Sequence record: PV730299.1
Length of the DNA: 64,000 nucleotides
Strand: one strand, 5' to 3'
From: a phage
The notes beneath the pieces are model-generated. The model was not told where the DNA came from. It worked only from the letters and a program-made list of their open reading frames with translations, and did no database searches. Numbering within the stretch: the stretch's first letter is position 1; each line of letters opens with the position of its first letter. Below, in pieces: positions 9,183 to 18,300 of this stretch. Made by a program: the position numbers and the translations under genes.

Positions 9183-9596
9183 ATGAGCGTGAAACTCACT
9201 GAATCCCTGACACTGGACCAACAGCAGGCTTTGTTGGATGAGGTAGTGATCTCTGCTATCAAGCAAGGGATTATCAAAGACGACTTGTTGATTGACCGTC
9301 CCGAGATGATCCATCATCTGGTGGTGTGCCTGGGTGAGGCCAGCAACCCTCGCAAGAAGATCGTGCTGTTTACTGATGGTGTGATCCTTCCGAGCGGGAA
9401 ATGTGCGTTCTTGGATGTGGTTGAACATCCGAACACGAAAGGCAAAGAGGTCAAGACTTCTGTTCCGGTGACTCCATACACCGAGGGTGTTGACCATCTG
9501 TCTTGGTTTGAGACAATCAACACCATTTATGTGATGACACCGGACGGTAAACCAGTTCGGGATCTACGAGGCGGCAAAGTAGAATCTGAAGACTAA
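9183..9596 (+). CDS. hypothetical protein
   Basis: ATG at 9183 just after the LemA stop (the track's longer ORF from 9114 overlaps LemA); followed by an intrinsic terminator. Confidence 0.5.
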   Translation: MSVKLTESLTLDQQQALLDEVVISAIKQGIIKDDLLIDRPEMIHHLVVCLGEASNPRKKIVLFTDGVILPSGKCAFLDVVEHPNTKGKEVKTSVPVTPYTEGVDHLSWFETINTIYVMTPDGKPVRDLRGGKVESED

Positions 9597-9610
9597 TCGT
9601 TCTTCAATAA

Positions 9611-9646
9611 AAGGGGATAGGGTATTATTGCTCTATCCCTTTTTCG
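9611..9646 (+). terminator. rho-independent terminator
   Basis: GGGGATAGGG / CTCTATCCCT stem (two G-U pairs), loop TATTATTG, then TTTTT; preceded by TTCAATAAA. Confidence 0.65.
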
Positions 9647-9707
9647 TGGACAGGAACATGACAGACAAGCCAAGAAAGATGAAGAACAAACACCGGAGCA
9701 AACGCTG

Positions 9708-10163
9708 ATGACTACCAAACCAACTTATGAAGAACTGGCGCAGACCGTTCTGACCTTTGACAGCACCCTGAAGAATCTTTACAAGGTGCTGGGAAATAAC
9801 CCGACTTCAGAGTCAGGAGAAACAGTTAATCTTCTGTTACTGATGAACCCTCTGTGGGATATTGATGCCACTATTGCTGCCCTGAAAGATCCTGGGGCAC
9901 AGGAGCCGGAGCCAACCCCTGTATCCACTGGGATTCAGAAATACCTGGAGAACTTTGACGAGTACTCCTTCACAGATCTGCTCCTGCGTGATATGATCAA
10001 CACAGAACGCCGTCGCCAGGGGAAGAACTGTCCTGTGGTCCAGTCTGATGAAGAAATAGAGCAGAGTGTTCGGGAAGATCTGAACAGCACCTACTCGCCT
10101 ATCGATCTGGCTGTAATGATTGTTCAGGCGCTGTCCTACGCCGCCAAAGGAGAAACGAAATGA
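9708..10163 (+). CDS. hypothetical protein
   Basis: 151-aa ORF, acidic, ATGA-coupled to the downstream ORF. Confidence 0.5.
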   Translation: MTTKPTYEELAQTVLTFDSTLKNLYKVLGNNPTSESGETVNLLLLMNPLWDIDATIAALKDPGAQEPEPTPVSTGIQKYLENFDEYSFTDLLLRDMINTERRRQGKNCPVVQSDEEIEQSVREDLNSTYSPIDLAVMIVQALSYAAKGETK

Positions 10164-10363
10164 AGCCGAAGATGTCTTCAGTTGTTGTGGCTGCGGCTCT
10201 GGCGTTGTCAGAGAGCGTTCAGGTTGCCCAACACCGTGGTGATTTCTGGGATGAAAGTCGCTACGTCAACAGTGGTCCTGGAACCGCCGGACATGGTCGC
10301 CCGTCTGTAACCCGCAAGAAGAAGGCGAAGACCAATGGAAAGAACAAGCGCAAACGTAAGTGA
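10160..10363 (+). CDS. small secreted/basic protein
   Basis: Signal-like N-terminus SSVVVAAALALS and a Lys/Arg-rich C-terminal tail. Confidence 0.4.
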   Translation: MKPKMSSVVVAAALALSESVQVAQHRGDFWDESRYVNSGPGTAGHGRPSVTRKKKAKTNGKNKRKRK

Positions 10364-10504
10364 GGAGTGCCTGAAGGATCTTTCTACAGGCAATCCAAAG
10401 TTGGCCAGATCATGGGTGATGTTTGATGACCGACGAGATAATCTTCCTTCGAGCAGAGGTCGCTCGATTAAGTAAAACCGAACCCAAAAAGTAGAGGATA
10501 TGTT

Positions 10505-10852
10505 ATGAGTTCTATTGAACAGCTGATCACCCCACAGTATGTGTACTCCAACATTGTTGAGCACCTGCGCTCACAGTTGAACGTGGGAACCCTGAGCAGC
10601 ACTGACCTGAAAGATCTACAAATCGTTGAAGTCGAAGTGGCGGCCTTTGGTTCTCGCTATCACTTCAATGTGGAATACACGCGTGTAGAAGAGCAGCAGT
10701 CCTCTATCATCGCGCTGGCTACTCCAGTCAACCCACGCAAAGAGCCTGTGTCGGTCACTCGCACCATCATCGGCTATCTGGAAGAGAAGTTGGAACCTGG
10801 TGCCCAGCGCCCAACATTCGACTTCCAGGCGCGATTTGCCACCGAAGATTGA
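10505..10852 (+). CDS. hypothetical protein
   Basis: 115-aa ORF with GAGGA upstream; followed by the terminator at 10867-10891. Confidence 0.5.
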   Translation: MSSIEQLITPQYVYSNIVEHLRSQLNVGTLSSTDLKDLQIVEVEVAAFGSRYHFNVEYTRVEEQQSSIIALATPVNPRKEPVSVTRTIIGYLEEKLEPGAQRPTFDFQARFATED

Positions 10853-10866
10853 TCTGAACAAAGCCC

Positions 10867-10891
10867 TCAGTCGAGGGCTTTTTCAATTGAA
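10867..10891 (+). terminator. rho-independent terminator upstream of rIIA
   Basis: GCCCTC / GAGGGC stem, loop AGTC, then TTTTT. Confidence 0.7.
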
Positions 10892-10958
10892 GACACCCAC
10901 CGTATTATACCCACTCAACCAATATGTTCCCCTTTGACATTGATAGGATTTCTATACT

Positions 10959-13715
10959 ATGAAAATGCGCAAGTCCGAGCACTTTATCCGCTCGTCGTCT
11001 TCCATTCAGGGGCAGGCGTTCAACGTTAAAATGAACGATAAGATGTTTGAGACTCTGTTCTCATCATTGTATCGTTACAAAGAGGCTGCAGCCCTGCGCG
11101 AAACCGTCTGTAACGCCATCGACTCCCATGGCATGCGTGATCGTATGCACCGTGTGATGGCATCCCACTACGCGCCTCTCACTCCCCCTCCTGCCCGCCA
11201 CAGCAAATACCTTGCACCGAAGGGTAAGCAGGTTGTTGTGCATCTACCTGATGACTTTGAGCCATGGCTGGAAATCCGTGATTACGGCATCGGTCTGCCA
11301 CTTGAGAAGATCATTGGTGAGCCTATCCCAGCACAGGAAGATGAGGTGCTGCTGGAAGGCAACATGGTGGTCAAGGAAGATGAGATCCCTGACTCAGCTG
11401 AGGTCATCGGCGTGCCTGCGTTCTATAATGGTGGTCTAGTGTTCCGTCGCGAAGATGGTGAAATCATTCGTACGCCTGGGTTGTATACCACTCTCTTCCA
11501 CAGTACGAAGGAAGAAGATGATGATCAGATTGGGGCATTCGGTCTTGGCTCCAAATCACCATTTGCGGTATCGGATTCGTTCACTGTGGAAAGCCGCATG
11601 GACGGTAAACTCCATCGCTTCCTGATGTACCTGAATGCCAAGCGCATCCCGACTGTTGATCTGATCACCAAAGATCTTGAAACCCGTGATCCTAAGCCGG
11701 AAGACACCGATGAGTTCAACGGCATGACGGTGAAGATCCCGGTGAAGAACGCTCGCTTCTCCGCATTCTCCGATGAGCTGGTTCGCCTTGGTCGTGTTAT
11801 ACGCCCTGAACAACGTCCAATTGTTGAGAACGCTTCATACCGCTTCGGCTGGGAAGATATCAGTTATGAATTCAAGGTCAATAACACATACATCCAGCCG
11901 AAAGGCCAGGGGAACATCCATTATGCTGTAATGGGTGGCGTGTCGTACCCGATTGACCTGGACCAGCTGGACCCGGACACTGCTTCCATCATGAGCAAGT
12001 TTCCATCGTCCTATACGTTCTTCGAACTCGGCTCGCTGAACGTACCACCGTCGCGTGAAGACCTTTCATATGACGAATTCACGCGTGAGACGCTCTCTGA
12101 GGAGTTTAAGGGCACCGCCAATGCAATCTTGACAGAAAAGATGCGTGACCTGGAGCTGGCGTGTAAGCGTGGTCCTCTTGCCCTGTATATGGAGAAGGTA
12201 AAACTGAGTGAAATGTTCGGCAGTGGGTTCCGCAAGATGGTTGAAAAGGAATACCCGGCAGACAAGCGCTTTCATGATTCATATTACCGTTACCCGCTGC
12301 CTGTTGAGATCGACCGTGACTATGACCACACCGCGCCGTTCAATGAATTGTCATCGCCGTTCTCTATGGAGATCTTCTATGACTGGGGTGAGTCCAGTAA
12401 TTTGACCATTTCAGAAATCCAGAAGTGGATTGATCGCGGCCAGCATGTTACTGTGGTGATCGAAGATAGTGTTCGTGCTCGTAACCTGAAGATCAAGCAG
12501 CTGAAAGATACAGGGACGATAGTCATCGTGGCCAAGCCGAACACATCCTATGTCACCAAGCGCAACCAATCTAAGGACAACCCTGCGTTCAAGAATTCTC
12601 AGGCTCTCTATGATTTCTTTGAAACTTGGATTGGTAAAGAAGAAACGACGGTTGATTATCTGTGCTTCGCCGACAAGTTCGTCGATTGGCTGAGTGCGGT
12701 GTTGGAGCCTGCTGAAGTCAAGTTCATGAACGAACTGTCGTATGTCACGCCCCCGGTCACCAAAGACCCTGGCCTGTTTCCGTTCACGCGCAGCAACTTC
12801 GACATATACCAGTATGAAGAACTAACGGGCGACCAGATCTCAGATATCATCAACAAGGGCGAGCGCATCGTCTATATTGAGGTGTCTGGCCATGCGTGTA
12901 TCCATCAGGTGATGGACAGAACGTTGACGACTGCGGCGGCGCGGGGTATTCGTAAATCTCTGTATGAGCACGCAGTCAGTGTCGACGATGAAGGCAAGCC
13001 AGTGTACATCAGCGATATGTTGAACGTTCACAACCGAATCTTCTTGGCTCGTCGTAAATCCGTGCCAATGATGAAGAAGTTCCCAGAGGTCTTCATACCG
13101 ATCGATGAAATCCTGAAGATCATGTTGGAAAACGTGAAGCCTATGATGGAGCGCGATAGCGCCAGGCGCATACTGGAATCATACCGCCGCATGCGCCTTG
13201 GGGCGGATCGATTAAAATACGGGAGCCATCTGGTTCATCAGGCGTTTGGTGATGTTGAAGACGATCGTTATGGCAAATTGGTCAGCCGTTACAACAAGTT
13301 AATGAAAGTTGTGGACGATATCTTGGATGAGCAGACTGTACGTCATTACCAAAGCCTGGCGAAAGCCCCGGTTTCAATCAATGACAAGCGTCGATTTAGC
13401 CATTTCCAGGACACAATACATTCTCTTAACGTGAATTTGTACGCCAACGAGCGTGACGAAAAGATCTTCCGTTCAGAACATCAGATGCTACAGATCTTTG
13501 AATGCGCTTCGGATGTGTTGCGGTTTCATGGATTTACACCGTTTGATATATCGAGGACTCCGTCATTGAAAGCAAGGCGGGAAAACCGATTGACCATCGA
13601 GCGTCATCGTGTTGTCCGGTTCTTGAAAGAGAATTACAAACCAAGCGCCCTGAACCCGATTGAAAAATCTTCGGATTACTTGGACGTTATTTCAAATTCC
13701 ATTATCAGGGCATAA
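10959..13715 (+). CDS. rIIA: rIIA-like protein (GHKL-type ATPase fold, membrane-associated lysis-inhibition/exclusion protein)
   Basis: N-terminal FETLFSSLYRYKEAAALRETVCNAIDSHG and AFGLGSKSPFAVSDSFTV align from memory to T4 rIIA (FKILSSDLYTNK...MIDAH and GGFGLGSKSPFSYTDTF). Confidence 0.85.
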   Translation: MKMRKSEHFIRSSSSIQGQAFNVKMNDKMFETLFSSLYRYKEAAALRETVCNAIDSHGMRDRMHRVMASHYAPLTPPPARHSKYLAPKGKQVVVHLPDDFEPWLEIRDYGIGLPLEKIIGEPIPAQEDEVLLEGNMVVKEDEIPDSAEVIGVPAFYNGGLVFRREDGEIIRTPGLYTTLFHSTKEEDDDQIGAFGLGSKSPFAVSDSFTVESRMDGKLHRFLMYLNAKRIPTVDLITKDLETRDPKPEDTDEFNGMTVKIPVKNARFSAFSDELVRLGRVIRPEQRPIVENASYRFGWEDISYEFKVNNTYIQPKGQGNIHYAVMGGVSYPIDLDQLDPDTASIMSKFPSSYTFFELGSLNVPPSREDLSYDEFTRETLSEEFKGTANAILTEKMRDLELACKRGPLALYMEKVKLSEMFGSGFRKMVEKEYPADKRFHDSYYRYPLPVEIDRDYDHTAPFNELSSPFSMEIFYDWGESSNLTISEIQKWIDRGQHVTVVIEDSVRARNLKIKQLKDTGTIVIVAKPNTSYVTKRNQSKDNPAFKNSQALYDFFETWIGKEETTVDYLCFADKFVDWLSAVLEPAEVKFMNELSYVTPPVTKDPGLFPFTRSNFDIYQYEELTGDQISDIINKGERIVYIEVSGHACIHQVMDRTLTTAAARGIRKSLYEHAVSVDDEGKPVYISDMLNVHNRIFLARRKSVPMMKKFPEVFIPIDEILKIMLENVKPMMERDSARRILESYRRMRLGADRLKYGSHLVHQAFGDVEDDRYGKLVSRYNKLMKVVDDILDEQTVRHYQSLAKAPVSINDKRRFSHFQDTIHSLNVNLYANERDEKIFRSEHQMLQIFECASDVLRFHGFTPFDISRTPSLKARRENRLTIERHRVVRFLKENYKPSALNPIEKSSDYLDVISNSIIRA

Positions 13716-13746
13716 TAGTCCTGTTAACCAACGTGGGAACTACAAG

Positions 13747-15309
13747 ATGAACAAGATTGACGAAAAGATCCTGAAGTATTTGAAGGAAGGCAAAAGCCAG
13801 AGTGCAATTGCTACTCTGTTGGGCATACCCCGCTCGACTGTACAACGTGTTGCAGACACGGAACTCGGTGTCAACCCGTTATCGCTGAAATCTCTTACCA
13901 CTGAAGAGATTCAGCAGATTCAGATGAAGAGCAAGGCTGGTGAAAGCAACCGTGCCCTGGCTGAGTTCTTTGCTGTAAGCGCCAAGACGATCGCCCGTGC
14001 CCTGTTGGTCCGCATTACCGAGGAGGAAAACAAGGTAACTGTGATCTCTCCTATCAAGCCGGAAGAGCAGGAAGTATTCGAGGTCCAACCGGGCGGCACG
14101 GCCAAAGACAAAGATGGCACAGAATGGTATGTTGGGGCATATCTGCCGAACCACAACAAGTATCTGTGTCTCACTAACAACGGCAATTTCAAAGGGGCTT
14201 TCTTTGAAAAGTCTGAATTGACTCCTGTGGAAGGTGATAGTTGCGCTTTCGATGTTGAAGCTATCGGCGAGATGGCAGAAATTTCTGTGGCACTGTCAGA
14301 AGGTGCGGACAAAGTTCCGAGCAACGTTGAAATCAGCGTTGTGGTTGACGGGGAAACCTATCCTATCCGTGGATCCTTGGATGCCCGTCGCCGTGTTGGT
14401 TACTTTGATGGCATCCTCGGTCGCACCCTGCGTCTGGCTCTGTCTTCTGTAGAATTCGCCGTCGCTGTCAAAGACGTTGAAGAAGTGGCTGATGATAAGA
14501 AGACCAAGCAGGACTTCGGCGCGAAAGACCTGGACGTGTTCCTGAACGAACACCAGATCCTGATTCTTCCTGACAGCGTTGTTATCGCGATTGACGGCAA
14601 GCCGGAAACGATCACCACTTCACACCCGGCCTATGACCGCATCGTACAGGCGATCAAAGACAAAGACGTGAAGCTGGCATACTCGCTGATGCGCCCCCGT
14701 GAAGCCATCGCGAAGTACGCTGCTGGTCTGGTAGACGTGTCTGACAACCGTGTCCGCTGGTCTGGCCATGACATCACAGGCACATCCATCGCCAAGCGTG
14801 TACTGGCGCTGATGCTGAAGGGTGACTTCCACAACCTGGACCGCATGGCGAAGTTTATGGACAAAATGTTCCAGAACCCGTCAGCTTCTCTGGTTCAGTC
14901 TGGGCGCATCTATGAGTTCATGGCGTACTCTGACATCGAAATTGACGACGATGGTGACATCATCCTCTACAAATCGGTGCGCGGCAACTACATGGACAAG
15001 CACAGCAACACGATCAGCAACGCCCCAGGCACTATCGTGCGGATGGCTCGCTCATTCGTGAACGACAACAACTCTGAACTGTGTTCATACGGTTTGCACG
15101 TTTGCTCCCTGGCCTACCTGAAGGAGTGTTTCGGTTCTGTTGGCCAGCGCGTCGTTCGCTGTAAGCTGAACCCGCGTGATATCGTGTCGGTCACCGATGA
15201 TTTTGGTTCAAGCAAAATCCGCTGCTGTGAATACCTGGTGTTGGATGACTACACCGCTGAGTACAACCGCCAGCACAAGTCTATTGACGTGACAGGCCTG
15301 TACAAGTAA
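13747..15309 (+). CDS. rIIB: rIIB-like protein with N-terminal HTH extension
   Basis: C-terminal YKSVRGNYMDKHSNTISNAPGTIVRMARSFVNDNNSELCSYGLHVCSLAYLKECFGS..RVVRCKLNPRDIVSV matches T4 rIIB; the N-terminus has an HTH-like GIPRSTVQRV. Start set at ATG 13747 (track ORF from 13660 overlaps rIIA). Confidence 0.85.
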   Translation: MNKIDEKILKYLKEGKSQSAIATLLGIPRSTVQRVADTELGVNPLSLKSLTTEEIQQIQMKSKAGESNRALAEFFAVSAKTIARALLVRITEEENKVTVISPIKPEEQEVFEVQPGGTAKDKDGTEWYVGAYLPNHNKYLCLTNNGNFKGAFFEKSELTPVEGDSCAFDVEAIGEMAEISVALSEGADKVPSNVEISVVVDGETYPIRGSLDARRRVGYFDGILGRTLRLALSSVEFAVAVKDVEEVADDKKTKQDFGAKDLDVFLNEHQILILPDSVVIAIDGKPETITTSHPAYDRIVQAIKDKDVKLAYSLMRPREAIAKYAAGLVDVSDNRVRWSGHDITGTSIAKRVLALMLKGDFHNLDRMAKFMDKMFQNPSASLVQSGRIYEFMAYSDIEIDDDGDIILYKSVRGNYMDKHSNTISNAPGTIVRMARSFVNDNNSELCSYGLHVCSLAYLKECFGSVGQRVVRCKLNPRDIVSVTDDFGSSKIRCCEYLVLDDYTAEYNRQHKSIDVTGLYK

Positions 15310-15325
15310 CCAAACCCCATCCACC

Positions 15326-15348
15326 AAGGAGGCTCCGGCCTCCTTTTC
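15326..15348 (+). terminator. rho-independent terminator after rIIB
   Basis: AGGAGGC / GCCTCCT stem, tetraloop TCCG, then TTTT. Confidence 0.7.
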
Positions 15349-15534
15349 AGTTCGAAGGCGAGACCAGGGAATACTCCCACAAGAACTTTCCTCCCCGTGA
15401 AGTTCATGAACAACAGTTCGTGAAATTGTTCTGTCGCTGTGGTGGGTGTGATTTCACGGATGATGGTTACGCGATGCACGTATACTGCTGCAATTGCTGT
15501 GGTAAATACGTAACAGTCTATAGGAGAACCGAAC

Positions 15535-15960
15535 ATGGCGAAGAAACCTGAAGTCAAGAAAGTTGAAATTAAAACCGAAGCCCCAGTCGATGACATCCAG
15601 GCGAAGGAGGAAGGTGTGTTGCCTACCTACCTACAACGCGCCATCGATAACATCCCTCCAGGGGGAGACGGAGGCGTCGTCTACGCTGGCGGGTACGGTT
15701 GGGTGTGCGAATACCAAGACGGCACGAAGGAACTCCTCCAGGAGCTTCCAGGGCTGGCTGCGACCCTCAAGCGTTATGGTCGCGACAAGTTCGGCAAGCC
15801 GTTTGAAACCGGGGCTGTGATTGAAACTAACATCACAGTCGAGACTCTGAACCTGCTGGGTGAAGATGATCTCAAGTTGTTGGCTGCGCCGCTGGGTATC
15901 ACAGAAGAAGATCGCATTCAGCTGATTGCGAAGCTGATCGAAAAATTGCAGATTAAATAA
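15535..15960 (+). CDS. hypothetical protein
   Basis: 141-aa ORF with AGGAGA 7 nt upstream. Confidence 0.5.
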   Translation: MAKKPEVKKVEIKTEAPVDDIQAKEEGVLPTYLQRAIDNIPPGGDGGVVYAGGYGWVCEYQDGTKELLQELPGLAATLKRYGRDKFGKPFETGAVIETNITVETLNLLGEDDLKLLAAPLGITEEDRIQLIAKLIEKLQIK

Positions 15961-15990
15961 GCCGACGTACAACAGCTGAACTTATTCAAT

Positions 15991-16383
15991 ATGCCTATCG
16001 TTGACGAAAGCAACTTGATGGATTATGCACTGAGGCATTATATTGTAGATTCTGTCTCGTGGGATGAACTGCTGGTAGACATTCAGCGGATTTCGCTAAT
16101 TAATCAATCATTGAAGAGATTTGTCCCTGGTAAGAGTCCTCGGTTGATTCTCAATCAATTGATTACTGTCTTCAATACGTTCGAAACAGAGGCCGCTTGC
16201 CGTATGCTCGTTTTGAAGGTGGATAAGCCCCAGTTGCCACGCCTCAAGGCTGCTTTGTTGACATTAGGCGTATGGCGCGATGATTTATGTTCCGGTTCAT
16301 ACGAACCAGATAATGAGCTGATGATGGCTCTGAACAACGATTTGGATGAGTGGAGGAAACCATGCCAACGATCACTGTATTAG
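15991..16383 (+). CDS. hypothetical protein
   Basis: 130-aa ORF in the plus-strand gene train. Confidence 0.45.
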   Translation: MPIVDESNLMDYALRHYIVDSVSWDELLVDIQRISLINQSLKRFVPGKSPRLILNQLITVFNTFETEAACRMLVLKVDKPQLPRLKAALLTLGVWRDDLCSGSYEPDNELMMALNNDLDEWRKPCQRSLY

Positions 16384-17171
16384 TAGCACCGGAAGTTGTT
16401 CGCAACAAACCGGAAACTGAGCGTCTTCACACTGTAACAGGTACTGCTCGGGGTTGGGAAAAGACCAGTCTTAACCAAGACCCAGACGAGATCCTGACTG
16501 AGTGTAAAGGTCTGGATGCACTGCTGACCAAGAGCAATTTGCAGGCCGATGGCGTCACCAAAGTGGATCCAACCAAGCCCGTTGGCTTCCAGCTGTCTTA
16601 TGAAATCCACGACCCAAGCGCTGTGCTGACCACTGGCCTGACCATCACCCCTGAAACTGCTAATGGTGAAGTCGGTCAGGTTGTTGAACTGAAGGCGGTC
16701 GTCGCTCCGGAGAACGCGACCTACCAGGGTGTCAACTGGTACTCTGGCGATCTGACCAAAGCTGTGCACATCGGTGGTGGTAAATTCAAGCTGCTGGCGC
16801 CGGGTTCAGTGACTGTTTACGGTGTAACCATCGAAGGTGACCACACTGACTCTACCGTCATCACAGTGGCTGGCGCTCTGTCTCTGTCTACCGATCTGGC
16901 TGCTTCTCAGGATGTAACAACAGGTGAATCCGCAACCTTCACCATCGCTGCTACAGGCGGCACTACCCCATACACACATACTTGGTACTTCTCTGATGTC
17001 CCTGGTGGTGAAGGTGAGGTGATCGATGCTGGCACTAACCCCACTGCTGCAACTGCGAGCCTGGTTATCACTACAGTTGCTGCCGAAAACGAGGGTGAGT
17101 ACTGGTGTGTTGTTGAAGACGCTGACGGCCACTCTGTGACCTCTACTCGTTGCGAAATGGCTGCGGTCTAA
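16362..17171 (+). CDS. Ig-like domain-containing protein (possible virion surface/decoration protein)
   Basis: GGAGG 5 nt before ATG 16362; Big_2-like segment YQGVNWYSGD...FKLLAPGSVTVYG and an Ig-like segment ending EGEYWCVVEDADGHSVTS. Confidence 0.55.
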   Translation: MPTITVLVAPEVVRNKPETERLHTVTGTARGWEKTSLNQDPDEILTECKGLDALLTKSNLQADGVTKVDPTKPVGFQLSYEIHDPSAVLTTGLTITPETANGEVGQVVELKAVVAPENATYQGVNWYSGDLTKAVHIGGGKFKLLAPGSVTVYGVTIEGDHTDSTVITVAGALSLSTDLAASQDVTTGESATFTIAATGGTTPYTHTWYFSDVPGGEGEVIDAGTNPTAATASLVITTVAAENEGEYWCVVEDADGHSVTSTRCEMAAV

Positions 17172-17173
17172 TC

Positions 17174-17407
17174 ATGAAAGGCTTCCAGGACTTCCTTGAA
17201 GACTCAGTAGCCCCTGGAACCACGACCGCCGATGTGGGGAAACCCGAAGGCGGTATGGTGAAAGAGCCTGTCAAGAAGCCCAAGGATCTTGAGGAAGAAC
17301 AAGAGCAGACCTCCTTCCAAAAGATCTTTGGAAACATCTTCAAAGACCTCGACCTGAAGAATGCGCGAAAGTGGAACTTCAGGACAGGCAAATATGAAGA
17401 GGAATGA
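17174..17407 (+). CDS. hypothetical protein
   Basis: ATG 3 nt after the upstream stop; charged 77-aa product; terminator follows at 17436-17458. Confidence 0.4.
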   Translation: MKGFQDFLEDSVAPGTTTADVGKPEGGMVKEPVKKPKDLEEEQEQTSFQKIFGNIFKDLDLKNARKWNFRTGKYEEE

Positions 17408-17435
17408 GCCATGAACGCGATGATCATGGGTTAAC

Positions 17436-17458
17436 AAAAGAGGCTCCGGCCTCTTTTT
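17436..17458 (+). terminator. rho-independent terminator
   Basis: AGAGGC / GCCTCT stem with the same TCCG tetraloop as the rIIB terminator, then TTTTT. Confidence 0.7.
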
Positions 17459-17525
17459 CATTTCCAGCATTTGGTGTATAATGGACCCGTTCCCCATGAG
17501 CGGAACCTAACTGAGGATACACCAA

Positions 17526-18026
17526 ATGAAATCCATGGTCAAACGTAAAGTCGAAATCTCCCTGACTGCCCATATTGAAATGGTCCAACAACTTATCCTG
17601 GATGCGTATGAAATCCAGAAAGATCGCCAATCGAGGGGAGGTGTGACGGACCCCACCTGTCCTGGAAACATACTGTACTATCGCATGCTGCGCCAGACTG
17701 GGCACACCGCCGCGCTGAAGAAGATTCTGTCCTATGATTTCCAGACAGAGAACAACCTCAACATCATGGGTGTCTTCCATAGCGTTAGTGAACGCGATTC
17801 TTTCTTCCGCTCCCGAGCAGGCGCGGATGTATCATTACCCGATGTAGACAAGAAACAGCACACGACAACCATCTCCCATTACATGGGCACGGGCATCGAT
17901 AAAGCAAACATCATCGTGTTCTCTGATACGTTGCATGACCCCAAGCGCCTTGCATCTGCGCATGAAATGCTGCGGGAAGGCCGCAGCGCCCTCACTAATT
18001 TGACTTTAGTAGTGTTTCTGGGCTAG
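17526..18026 (+). CDS. hypothetical protein
   Basis: 166-aa ORF starting after a terminator/promoter-like region; GAGGA upstream. Confidence 0.5.
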   Translation: MKSMVKRKVEISLTAHIEMVQQLILDAYEIQKDRQSRGGVTDPTCPGNILYYRMLRQTGHTAALKKILSYDFQTENNLNIMGVFHSVSERDSFFRSRAGADVSLPDVDKKQHTTTISHYMGTGIDKANIIVFSDTLHDPKRLASAHEMLREGRSALTNLTLVVFLG

Positions 18027-18033
18027 ATAGTTA

Positions 18034-18056
18034 CAGGGGAGTTTCCTCCCCTATTT
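18034..18056 (+). terminator. stem-loop (weak terminator)
   Basis: GGGGAG / CTCCCC stem with loop TTTC; weak U-tract. Confidence 0.4.
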
Positions 18057-18075
18057 CCCTAACAGGAGGTGCGCA

Positions 18076-18273
18076 ATGTACAAGTTCAGAATTAACAGAG
18101 AACGTAATTCGTTCAAATTCGGTGTAATCGCTGGGGTGTGTTTGTTCCTGGCGCTCGAAAGCGTTATCGGCCTGCTTACAACACCACAAATGCAGGTGAC
18201 TCGTTACCTTCTTGCCATTATATTTTCTGTTGTCGGTTTACTCTGCTCCTATTTGGGGTGTGTGAAGAAATAA
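18076..18273 (+). CDS. small membrane protein
   Basis: 65 aa with two hydrophobic helices; AGGAGG 7 nt upstream. Confidence 0.45.
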   Translation: MYKFRINRERNSFKFGVIAGVCLFLALESVIGLLTTPQMQVTRYLLAIIFSVVGLLCSYLGCVKK

Positions 18274-18300
18274 ACTGGCTGCACACAGCAATACTTTGAT

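Noticed and set aside
10934-10939. TTGACA hexamer upstream of rIIA as a -35 element
   Set aside because: The only TATA-like sequence downstream (TATACT) is 13 nt away and ends 0-3 nt before the ATG, so no workable -35/-10 pair with a leader exists here.
15420-15551. Cys-rich micro-ORF (FCRCGGC ... CCNCC) in the rIIB downstream intergenic region
   Set aside because: No ATG start (only GTG), it overlaps the RBS and start of the next gene in another frame, and it is below any reliable size threshold.
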